64,000 bases of DNA from the NCBI GenBank assembly GCA_964359165.1, contig CAYHRV010000001.1:28080-92079 (forward strand). Direction: 5' to 3'. This DNA comes from an uncultured Elusimicrobia bacterium (GTDB lineage: Bacteria > Elusimicrobiota > Elusimicrobia > UBA1565). The position numbers were made by a program, and so were the translations under genes. Shown in pieces: positions 18,083-25,904 of this stretch (position 1 is its first letter; every line of letters starts with the position of its first letter). The notes below the pieces were generated by a model that ran no database searches, was not told the DNA's origin, and was given only the letters and a program-made list of their open reading frames with translations.

Positions 18083-19083
18083 GACGAGGGGAGGTTCGAG
18101 AACTCCGGGGCGTCGAAATCGCGCAGGACGCCGTCGCGGATAAGTTGCGCCAACTCCTCGATGCCCTCATCGACGCTGCATTCGACCTCGAAGCCCAGCC
18201 TCTTGCGGATCTTCTGGAAGCTGACGCGGTAGTCGCGGGGGTCCTCGGCCTTGGCGAAGCGCTCGATGCGGGCCTGCGGCGCCAACGGCCCCAGCATCCG
18301 GAGCAGGTCCTGCTTGCGGAAGTTCTGGTCGTCGGAGCCCACGTTGAAGACCTCGTGGTAAACGCGGGCCCTGTCCTGGGCGAGGATCAGGGCGAAGGCG
18401 CGCGCGGCGTCCCGGACGTGGATGTAGGGGCGCCAGAACTGCTCCCCATAGACGGTCAGGCGCTTGCGCACGAGGAGTTCGCGGACGAACTCGTTGACGG
18501 TCAGGTCGAAGCGCATGCGCGGAGAGACGCCGAAGAGGGTCGAGAGGCGAAGCGCCGTCGTGCAGAGCCTGGGGAAACGCTTGGGGTCCAGCATCGCGCG
18601 CTCGACTGCGACCTTCGTTTCGGCATAGAGGGAGACTGGGCGCAGTTCGGAGTCCTCGTTCACCATGCCGTCCGAGTCCGCCATCTTGCCGTAGTTGCTG
18701 CAGGTCGAGGCGAAGAGGAAGCGCTCGACGCCCGTGGCCTCGGCGGCCGCGAGCAGGACCAGGGAGGCCTCGATGTTGACTGCGCGGGCCTCGTCCGGGG
18801 CCTGAGCGCAGGCCGGGTCGCCGACGATCGCGGCGAGGTGAACGACCGCGTCCGCGCCCTTGAGGCAGGCCGCCATCGCCTCGCGGTCGCGGATGTCCGC
18901 GCGCGTGAAGCGGAAACGGGGATGGGCCCAGGAGCCGAGCAGGGAGCCGCCGCCTTGGCGCAGGGAGTCGACGCCCCGCACCCGGTGGCCGCCGGCGAGC
19001 AGGAGGGGCGTCAGGGTCGAGCCAAGATAGCCGGCGGCTCCGGTGATAAGAATCGTCATGGGACCGGTCGTCTTCTTCTCCAT
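18079..19083 (-). CDS. NAD-dependent nucleotide-sugar 4,6-dehydratase/epimerase
   Basis: ILITGAAGYLGS and SLYAETKVA (YxxxK). Start could instead be the internal Met at about 19059. Confidence 0.75.
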   Translation of the reverse strand: MEKKTTGPMTILITGAAGYLGSTLTPLLLAGGHRVRGVDSLRQGGGSLLGSWAHPRFRFTRADIRDREAMAACLKGADAVVHLAAIVGDPACAQAPDEARAVNIEASLVLLAAAEATGVERFLFASTCSNYGKMADSDGMVNEDSELRPVSLYAETKVAVERAMLDPKRFPRLCTTALRLSTLFGVSPRMRFDLTVNEFVRELLVRKRLTVYGEQFWRPYIHVRDAARAFALILAQDRARVYHEVFNVGSDDQNFRKQDLLRMLGPLAPQARIERFAKAEDPRDYRVSFQKIRKRLGFEVECSVDEGIEELAQLIRDGVLRDFDAPEFSNLPSS

Positions 19084-19157
19084 CCTAGACTTAGATTATA
19101 GCAATTGCTCGTCGGGGATTCCGGGCCCGATCCGGTAAAAATTGCTAGGATTGCGAC

Positions 19158-19856
19158 ATGGGTCTCCTGCGGATTATGCTCGGCCTCGATCGCCGCCGCG
19201 TGGCGGCCCGCGAGGGCTGGGTCGTGCATCCGACGAGCCGAGTCTGCCATCGGCGAGGCGGATCGCTCGGCGCCGTCGTCATCGAAGAGGATGTCGAGGT
19301 CCCGGATCTCCAGGCCCAACTCCGCAGCCTCAAGATCGGCCGCTGCTCCTACGCCGGCGAGGCGCTCCTCGCCCTCGGACGTTATGGGGAGCTCTCGATC
19401 GGCCGCTATTGCAGTCTGGGGTCTCGGATCACCTTGATCTGCGGCGACGGCTACCATTGGCCGAGCCGGGCGAGCACCTACCCCTTTCCCTTTCGCGAGC
19501 CCTTCCGGGATCTCAAACCCGAAGACTACTGCCCGGAATCCGCTTTCGAACGCTCGGCGGTGACGATCGGCCACGACGTCTGGATCGGGCATGACGCGAC
19601 GATCGGCAAGAACGTGACGGTAGGGGACGGGGCGATCGTCGCCGCCTCCGCGGTGGTCACGGCGGACGTGCCCCCCTACGCGATCGTCGCGGGGAATCCC
19701 GCGGCGGTCAAGAAGCTCCGTCACGACGAGGAGACGGTAGCGCTGTTGTTGCGGGTCCGGTGGTGGGACTGGCCCGTCGAGAGGATCAAGGCGAGCCGGG
19801 ATCTCTTCACCGCCACCGGGTCCCGGCTTAAGGATGAGCTCGCGCGCCTAGCCTGA
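19158..19856 (+). CDS. Vat/XAT-class hexapeptide acetyltransferase
   Basis: STYPFPF motif, hexapeptide run VTIGHDVWIGHDATIGKNVTVGDGAIVAASAVV, C-terminal WWDWPVERI helix. Confidence 0.75.
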   Translation: MGLLRIMLGLDRRRVAAREGWVVHPTSRVCHRRGGSLGAVVIEEDVEVPDLQAQLRSLKIGRCSYAGEALLALGRYGELSIGRYCSLGSRITLICGDGYHWPSRASTYPFPFREPFRDLKPEDYCPESAFERSAVTIGHDVWIGHDATIGKNVTVGDGAIVAASAVVTADVPPYAIVAGNPAAVKKLRHDEETVALLLRVRWWDWPVERIKASRDLFTATGSRLKDELARLA

Positions 19857-20075
19857 CTTGCGGTCAGGGGGCGTCGCAGTGGACCAAGAAGGCCTGTCCG
19901 ACGAACTCGTAGTAGGCTCCCCGCGGAGCTGGTTCGAGTAAATGTGGCCCCAGGCCCGCTGCAGCGCCCCGACGCGGTCGTTCCGGTTGAGGCGAGCCAC
20001 GATTGGCCGAGGCAGCAGCGGCATGACGATCCGTTCTCGGACGAGAGCCGCCGCCTTCGAGATCAGGCGTGCCAT
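19848..20075 (-). CDS. Hypothetical small protein (75 aa)
   Basis: ATG directly abuts the kpsF stop (TGAATG). No recognisable motif. Overlaps the 3' end of the Vat-like gene. Confidence 0.2.
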   Translation of the reverse strand: MARLISKAAALVRERIVMPLLPRPIVARLNRNDRVGALQRAWGHIYSNQLRGEPTTSSSDRPSWSTATPPDRKSG

Positions 20076-21059
20076 TCAGAGCCCGCGGGCGCGGATGTCG
20101 TGCAGGTGAATCATGCCGACCGCCCGCCCGGCCTTGTCCACGACGGGCAGCACCAGGAAGGGGTTCTTCCTCTCGGTCATGATCGCGGCGGCCTCCATCG
20201 CCAGCCGCTCGGCGCGGATCGCGGTCGGCTTGGGGTTCATCAGCTCGCCGATGGGCCTCGACATCACATCCTGCCCTTGCTCGAGGCGGCGCCGCACGTC
20301 ATAATCGGTCACGAGGCCCACGAGCCGGCCCTTGCCGTCGACCACCGAGACCGCGCCCGAGCGCTTCTTGGTCATCTCGATAAGCATCGCTGAGGGGCTC
20401 TTGTCGATACGGATGACGGGGTTGTCCTCTCCGCAGCGCATGATGTCTGAAACGCGCAGGAGCAGGCGCTTGCCGAGGCTGCCGCCGGGGTGGCGCAGGG
20501 CGAAGTCCTCCTTGCGGAAGCCGCGCAGCTTCATCAGCGCCACGGCGAGCGCGTCGCCGACGGCCAGCGCGGCGGTCGTGCTGCAGGTCGGCGAGAGGTT
20601 CAGCGGGCAGGCCTCAGCTTCGACCGGGATCGTCAGGACCACCGAGGCGTTGCGGCCCAGGGTCGAGCGCGGGTTGGCGGTCATTGCGACGATCTTGACG
20701 CCGAGCCTCCTCAACGACGGCAGGATCCCGGTCAGCTCGTCGGACTCCCCCGACTTGCCGATCGCGAGGACGACGTCGCCCTTCTGGACCACGCCGAGGT
20801 CCCCGTGCATGCCTTCGGCGGGGTGGAGGGTAATGGCCGGGGTCCCCGTCGCGGTCAGCGTCGCGGCGATCTTCTGGCCGATCAGGCCGGACTTGCCCAT
20901 CCCGGTCACGATGACCTTGCCCCGGCAGGCGGCGAGGAGCAGGACCGCGCGCGTGTATTCGCCGTTGATCGCGTCGCGCACCCGGCGCAGCGCGTCGGCC
21001 TCCAGGTCCATGACGGTCCTGAGCTCCCGGGCGATGTCGACCTTCGGTCTGGGGGCCAT
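20076..21059 (-). CDS. kpsF: Arabinose-5-phosphate isomerase (SIS plus tandem CBS)
   Basis: VTGMGKSGLIGQKIAATL SIS motif, with a CBS pair in the C-terminal third. Confidence 0.85.
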   Translation of the reverse strand: MAPRPKVDIARELRTVMDLEADALRRVRDAINGEYTRAVLLLAACRGKVIVTGMGKSGLIGQKIAATLTATGTPAITLHPAEGMHGDLGVVQKGDVVLAIGKSGESDELTGILPSLRRLGVKIVAMTANPRSTLGRNASVVLTIPVEAEACPLNLSPTCSTTAALAVGDALAVALMKLRGFRKEDFALRHPGGSLGKRLLLRVSDIMRCGEDNPVIRIDKSPSAMLIEMTKKRSGAVSVVDGKGRLVGLVTDYDVRRRLEQGQDVMSRPIGELMNPKPTAIRAERLAMEAAAIMTERKNPFLVLPVVDKAGRAVGMIHLHDIRARGL

Positions 21060-21069
21060 CCGGGATATT

Positions 21070-21237
21070 TTAGCTTTTTCCGACGACGGCGACTATCCGC
21101 CCGGCGCTCCCTTCATTGCGCCTGGCGAGGGCCTCGCAGCACTCGCCCCCGTGCAGGAAGCGCGTCCGCCCCGGCAGCTCCGTTGCGACGAACTCGAGGC
21201 GCGGACCGCGGTGCAGCGCGGCGAGGAGCCAGGTCAC
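21070..21237 (-). CDS. Hypothetical small protein (55 aa)
   Basis: GTG start overlaps the methyltransferase stop (GTGA). Third-codon positions are almost all G/C, as in real genes here. No motif recognised. Confidence 0.3.
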   Translation of the reverse strand: MTWLLAALHRGPRLEFVATELPGRTRFLHGGECCEALARRNEGSAGRIVAVVGKS

Positions 21238-22139
21238 TTCTTGCGGTACACCGCGAGGAACTTCGAGCTCCAGATCAGGCTCGCGGGGAGGTCCTCGAAG
21301 ACGAGCAGGCTGTCGCTCAGCGCGTTGTAGGCCGGGACCGGCAACATGCGGTTCAAGCGCGGGGCCGAGAGATGCGGGTGGATGCCGTAGAGGCCGACGG
21401 TCTCGAAGCCGTGGGCGGCGCCGAGCGTCCGGGCCTCCTTCGGTGTGTGCTGGCGGCCCTCGGCGGAGCCCTGAAAGCCCGCCTCCTCGGGCTCGGGGGC
21501 GAGCTCGCCGGCCTTGGCCATCTCGGCCGCGCGGCGTCCCAGTTCGCGCAGGAAGGCCCGCGTGCGGTCGGCGGGCAGGGGTGCGTAGAGTTCCTGGACC
21601 TCGTCGGCCAGTTCCGCGGCTCCCCCGGCGAGCTCGCGGCGCGTGTAGGCGCTGACGCTGAAGAGGTTGAAGAGGCGGTTGCGGAAGTCGATCAGGAACA
21701 GGCCGCCGGGCTTCAGGCGCTGCGCGGCGCGCTTCAAGAGCACCGAGTCGTCGGGCAGGTATTCGAGCAGGCCCAGCGCGGCGGCCGCGTCGAAGCCCTC
21801 GGGGAGCGGGCAGGTCAGCACGTCCCCGCAGACGAACTCGACGCGCGCGCGCGCCTCGGCCGGGAGCTTTCCAATCCGCTCGCGGGCCGCGGTCAGCATC
21901 GCGCTCGACTGGTCGACCGCGACGGCGCGAAAGCCCAGCTTCGCGGCCTCCGCCGAGAGGTGGGCGCCTCCGCAGGCCAGCTCGAGAAGCAGGGCCCCGG
22001 GGCGGGCCAAGGGCTTGAGGGCTCCCAGCGAGAGGCGCAGGCGGTGCCTGGCGGTGGGGTAGGAGTGGGGCTTGTCGTGGTAGGCCTGGTCGAGCCAGGC
22101 CGCCGAGTTGAGCTCGAAGTAGCGTTCGATCGCGTCCAT
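21234..22139 (-). CDS. Class I SAM-dependent methyltransferase
   Basis: Start ATG 22139 (MDAIERYF). SAM motif LLELACGGAHLS. The track ORF carries an artefactual N-terminal extension. Confidence 0.8.
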   Translation of the reverse strand: MDAIERYFELNSAAWLDQAYHDKPHSYPTARHRLRLSLGALKPLARPGALLLELACGGAHLSAEAAKLGFRAVAVDQSSAMLTAARERIGKLPAEARARVEFVCGDVLTCPLPEGFDAAAALGLLEYLPDDSVLLKRAAQRLKPGGLFLIDFRNRLFNLFSVSAYTRRELAGGAAELADEVQELYAPLPADRTRAFLRELGRRAAEMAKAGELAPEPEEAGFQGSAEGRQHTPKEARTLGAAHGFETVGLYGIHPHLSAPRLNRMLPVPAYNALSDSLLVFEDLPASLIWSSKFLAVYRKK

Positions 22140-22141
22140 GG

Positions 22142-24181
22142 TCACTCCCGCTCCGCGCTGCCTGCCTCGGCCTTCGACCGGGCGCCCGGGCCCTCCCAGA
22201 CATGCGCCGCGCCCCACTCCCGCGCGTAGGCATCGGCCGCGCGGGCCATCGCCTCCTCGCGGGTCGCGCCGCCCTCGAGGGCGGCCAGCGTCTTGTCCAG
22301 GAAGCCGCCCATGCGCTCCGCGGCGCGGCCGTCGCGGAATGGGTCCAGGTCCGGCAGCAGCTCGCTCCAGTCCCCGAAGCCCGGCACGCCGTCCGGCCGC
22401 GACCAATGCTCCTGCAGCGCTCGCCACAGCGGGTCCCACTCCTTGAAGACGACCCGGCCGAGCCCGAGCTTATAGAGGGGGCTGATCGCGAAGCCGTCGT
22501 GGTCGAGCAGCAGGGTCGGGACGCCCGCCAGCGCGGCCTCGGCCGCCGCCGACCCGGCGACGAGATAGGCGTGGACCGCGACATCGGCCGCGAGCGCCGC
22601 CGCGGCCGGCGGGTGGGAGCTGTGGATCGCGCCGCCCTCGAAGACGAAGCAGCGGCCGGTCCTCTCGGCCTCGGCGAGCAGGGAATCAAGGGGGGCGAGG
22701 CGGCTTCGCAGCGTGCGCGCGATCTTGGGCTTGACGATCAGCCCGAGGCGGTCGTCCGAGAGCACCTTCTCCAGGATGAAGCGGTAGGCGAGCTTCAGGC
22801 GGTCGTGCCCGACGTGCCAGCGGTGGTCCCCGAGCGAGTTTTCGTCAAAGAGCGCGATCACGCGGCGCGCGCCGGCCTTCTCGAGACGCGCGCGCAGTTC
22901 TCTCGCCTGGGGCTTGAGCGCCGCGAAGCGGTGGTCGCCCAGGAAGCCGGTGGCGACGGTGTAGGCCGGCCCGGCGCCGTCCGGCGCGGGCGCGCCGGCG
23001 GTGTGCCGCCCCCACGCGAACTGGACGTCGGTCGCGGCGGTCGTCGTCCAGGAGGGGAGCCCCTCATAGGAGCGCTGGTAGACGGCGTGCACGCCGCCCA
23101 GGTCCCTCAGCGCGTCGGCCATCGCGGCATGAGCCGGGTCGTGCGTGTACCAGCCGGCGAAGAGGCGCACGCCGTGCCGCTCGAAGAGCTCGCGCCAGAA
23201 GGCCCGCTGGTCGCGGTAGTCGCGCGCCGCGCGTGCGAGCCACCGCTCGAGCGCGTCGGCCGGGGGCCGCTCGCGAGCCGGTTCGACCGCCGCGGACCGC
23301 GGGGAGAAGACCGGCAGGGACGGATCGGCGGCCGCCGCGGGGGCTACGGCCAGACCATCGAGCCCGTGGGCGCGGAGCTCCTCAAGATGAGCGCCCCGCA
23401 GCGGGTCCGAGACGGCCTGGAACAGAAGCAGGGCGCCGCGCTTTCGCAGAGGCGAGGCCTGCCAGAAGAAGAGGTCCGACTGCAGCTCCGGGCGGTCGAG
23501 GTTGAGCTGGCCGATGTACTCGGCCGCCAGGCGCGGGCCCGGAGCGGCGGCGGCCGGCGGGGGACGCAGGAACGCGGCGGCGCCCCGGAGGCCGTGGGCC
23601 CGGACCCAGCGCAGCAGGGTTCCGAAGGCCCCGCGTCCGGCCCAGCGCACGGCGGCCTCGCGCAGCGAGCGCAGGAGCGGCGCCCGGCCGAGGGCCGAGA
23701 GGCGGATGCCCTCCTGCTGGGCCCGCCGCGCGAGGATCGGCGTCCAGGGAGAGGTATCGAGGAAGGCGTCGGCCTCGGCGAGCCCTTCGCGGCGCATCGT
23801 CCAGGCGAACACCTGGATCAGGTAGAGCTCGCGCCAAAGCCGGTTGTGGTCGGTCGCCGAGCTTGTGGCTGCCGCGCGCGCCAAGTAGAAGGGGAGCCGG
23901 TCCTTCGCGCCGGCCGCCCACCTCTTGAAGGCAGGCAGCGAGCGGATCGCGTCGATCGCTTCGTCGAGGTCAGCGTGCGGGATGCGGAAGCGGATGCTGA
24001 TACCCGCCGTGTCGCGGACGTCCATCATCCGAAACTCGAGGCGCCGGGCGTCGAGCCCCAGGGCCGCCGCGGCGAGGGCGCCGAGGGGCGAGGCGTCGAG
24101 GTAGTCGACGCGGGCGAGGCCGCGCCGGCGCAGGGCGGCCGCGCGGGGAGCGGTCAGCCGGTCGATGAAGGCGCGAGTCAA
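22142..24181 (-). CDS. Large uncharacterised protein, C-terminal GT-B-like half (candidate glycosyl/NulO transferase or polymerase)
   Basis: Continuous G/C-rich third-position ORF. A TTG at 24181 overlaps the NeuA stop (TTGA). C-terminal SHPP ... AAEAALAGVPTLLLD resembles a GT-B nucleotide-sugar-binding half. Confidence 0.5.
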   Translation of the reverse strand: MTRAFIDRLTAPRAAALRRRGLARVDYLDASPLGALAAAALGLDARRLEFRMMDVRDTAGISIRFRIPHADLDEAIDAIRSLPAFKRWAAGAKDRLPFYLARAAATSSATDHNRLWRELYLIQVFAWTMRREGLAEADAFLDTSPWTPILARRAQQEGIRLSALGRAPLLRSLREAAVRWAGRGAFGTLLRWVRAHGLRGAAAFLRPPPAAAAPGPRLAAEYIGQLNLDRPELQSDLFFWQASPLRKRGALLLFQAVSDPLRGAHLEELRAHGLDGLAVAPAAAADPSLPVFSPRSAAVEPARERPPADALERWLARAARDYRDQRAFWRELFERHGVRLFAGWYTHDPAHAAMADALRDLGGVHAVYQRSYEGLPSWTTTAATDVQFAWGRHTAGAPAPDGAGPAYTVATGFLGDHRFAALKPQARELRARLEKAGARRVIALFDENSLGDHRWHVGHDRLKLAYRFILEKVLSDDRLGLIVKPKIARTLRSRLAPLDSLLAEAERTGRCFVFEGGAIHSSHPPAAAALAADVAVHAYLVAGSAAAEAALAGVPTLLLDHDGFAISPLYKLGLGRVVFKEWDPLWRALQEHWSRPDGVPGFGDWSELLPDLDPFRDGRAAERMGGFLDKTLAALEGGATREEAMARAADAYAREWGAAHVWEGPGARSKAEAGSAERE

Positions 24182-24918
24182 CGGCGCCTCCGCTTCGCGA
24201 GCCACGGGAGGCGGACCAGGCCCGCCTTGACCAGGGCCTCCATCTTGTCGAACTGCTCCCGGTCGTCGATCGAGCAGGCCCGGAGGTCCGGGACCTCGTA
24301 GCCCAGATGCCGGCCGCCCGGCCGCCACGAGGGCAGGTTCCGGCGCACGAACGCGGTCCTCCAGATATAGAGCAGGCCGTTGATCCTTAGCAGGCGCGGG
24401 GCGTCCTGGCGGCGAGTCAGGCGCGCCCCCGAGGGCACGAAGTCCCGCATCCACCCCTTCTCGATGCTCACGGAATGCCAGACCGGGTTGAATTCGGGCT
24501 CCGACACGGCGACGATCCCATCCGCACGCGGGAATCTCTTCAGGCGAGCCAGCGCCGCGCGGATGTCGGAGGGGAAGCGCGTCGGCGAGGTCGGATCGAG
24601 CAGGACGAGGTAGTCGTAGCGCCGGCCTTCCTCGGCTTCCGCGGCGGCCAGGGCGTGCCGCAGGACGGGCCACAGCGGGGTCTCGTCGCGCGCGAGGGAC
24701 TTCGGCCGCAGGAAGGGGGTCTCGGCGCCGAAGCGCCGCGCCGCGGCCGCGATCCGGGGCGAGTCGGTCGAGACGATCGTTCGCCTGACGGCGCGGCTTT
24801 GCTTCGCGCAGAGGATCGAGTGGGCGATCAAGGGCAGGCCCGCGAAGGGCCGTGTGTTCTTCCCGGGGAGGCCCTTGGAGCCCCCGCGCGCCGGGATCAC
24901 CGCGAGGACGCGGCTCAC
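24178..24918 (-). CDS. neuA: Acylneuraminate (NulO) cytidylyltransferase, CMP-sugar synthetase
   Basis: GTG start (GTGA overlap). AVIPARGGSKGLPGKN signature. Confidence 0.85.
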   Translation of the reverse strand: MSRVLAVIPARGGSKGLPGKNTRPFAGLPLIAHSILCAKQSRAVRRTIVSTDSPRIAAAARRFGAETPFLRPKSLARDETPLWPVLRHALAAAEAEEGRRYDYLVLLDPTSPTRFPSDIRAALARLKRFPRADGIVAVSEPEFNPVWHSVSIEKGWMRDFVPSGARLTRRQDAPRLLRINGLLYIWRTAFVRRNLPSWRPGGRHLGYEVPDLRACSIDDREQFDKMEALVKAGLVRLPWLAKRRRR

Positions 24919-25904
24919 CGGTAGCGCACCTTCTCGACCCGACCCCCGGCCGAAGACCGTCGCGCGGCGTCGCAGACGGCGAGCGCGCGCACGCCGTCCT
25001 CGGCGGTAGCGAGCGTCCCGCGACTCCCGCCCGAGACCGCGCGCAGGAAGGCCTTGGCCTGTCGCTTGAGCCTCTCGTCGGCGGGGGCGCGGTCCGTCCA
25101 GACGCGGGGCTTGCCGCCTCCAGGGAGCAGGGTCACCGTCTGCGCGAGAGCGTCCCACTCGAGCGTCCCGTGCTCGCCGCAGGCCAGGATCCCGCGGCGC
25201 GTCGGACGGGTCAGATAGTCGACGTGCACCGAGACTGGGAAGCCCTTCGGCGCGAGCCAATGGAGCTCGGCCAGTTCGTCGGAGGCGATGTCCAGGCGCC
25301 CGAGGTTCAGCACGCGGCCCGAGACCGCCCGCGGCCAGCCGAACAGCCAGCCCGCGTAGTCGATCTCGTGGATCAGGTCCCGCAGGACCCCGCCCTCGGC
25401 GGCGCGGGCGCTGTAGGTGCCGCTGTAGGGGCGCGAGCGCCGCCAGTCCGACAGGTAGGAGCGGCATTCGGCGCTGACCGAATGCAGGCGGCCCAGCCGC
25501 GGCAACAGCGAGCGGAAGCGCAGCAGCGAGGGCTCGAAGCGCAGCGTGCAGCCGACGAAGACGCGCCGCCCGCGGCGCCGCGCCGCCCGCGCCAGACGCC
25601 GCGCCGAGGGGGCGTCGACGCCGAGAGGCTTCTCGACCAGGGCGTCGAGCCCGAGCGAGACGGCGCGCAGGCCGTCAGCAACGTGCCGGCCGGTACTCGT
25701 CGCGATCACGCAGGCGCGGGCGCGGGCCGCGGCGAGCGAGGGGAGGGCCGGGACCCCGTCACGCTCGAGCTCCGCGAGGCGCGCGGGACGGGCGGGGACG
25801 GCGATCGGTTCGACGCCGGGCAAGGAGGAGAGGGCGCGCAGGTGCTTGAGGCCGAAGTTCCCGGCGCCGACGACGGCGACGCGCATCAGTCGCGTCCGCC
25901 TCAA
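24915..25904 (-). CDS. Gfo/Idh/MocA-family oxidoreductase
   Basis: MRVAVVGAGNFGLKHL Rossmann N-terminus. Start is either TTG 25904 (TTGA overlap) or ATG 25886. Confidence 0.8.
   Translation of the reverse strand: MRRTRLMRVAVVGAGNFGLKHLRALSSLPGVEPIAVPARPARLAELERDGVPALPSLAAARARACVIATSTGRHVADGLRAVSLGLDALVEKPLGVDAPSARRLARAARRRGRRVFVGCTLRFEPSLLRFRSLLPRLGRLHSVSAECRSYLSDWRRSRPYSGTYSARAAEGGVLRDLIHEIDYAGWLFGWPRAVSGRVLNLGRLDIASDELAELHWLAPKGFPVSVHVDYLTRPTRRGILACGEHGTLEWDALAQTVTLLPGGGKPRVWTDRAPADERLKRQAKAFLRAVSGGSRGTLATAEDGVRALAVCDAARRSSAGGRVEKVRYR

Noticed and set aside
19158-19856. Calling the Vat/XAT-like gene a streptogramin or chloramphenicol resistance determinant
   Set aside because: The fold and motifs fit the XAT class, but the gene sits among sugar-modifying genes and has decayed paralogues beside another glycan block. 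A sugar O- or N-acetyltransferase role is at least as likely, and sequence alone cannot decide.
21070-24301. 539-aa (minus), 579-aa (plus) and 699-aa (plus) ORFs across the methyltransferase and large hypothetical region
   Set aside because: These are off-frame or antisense to better-supported genes, with extreme Arg/Gly/Pro content. Only the last 55 codons of the 539-aa frame were kept, as a low-confidence small ORF.
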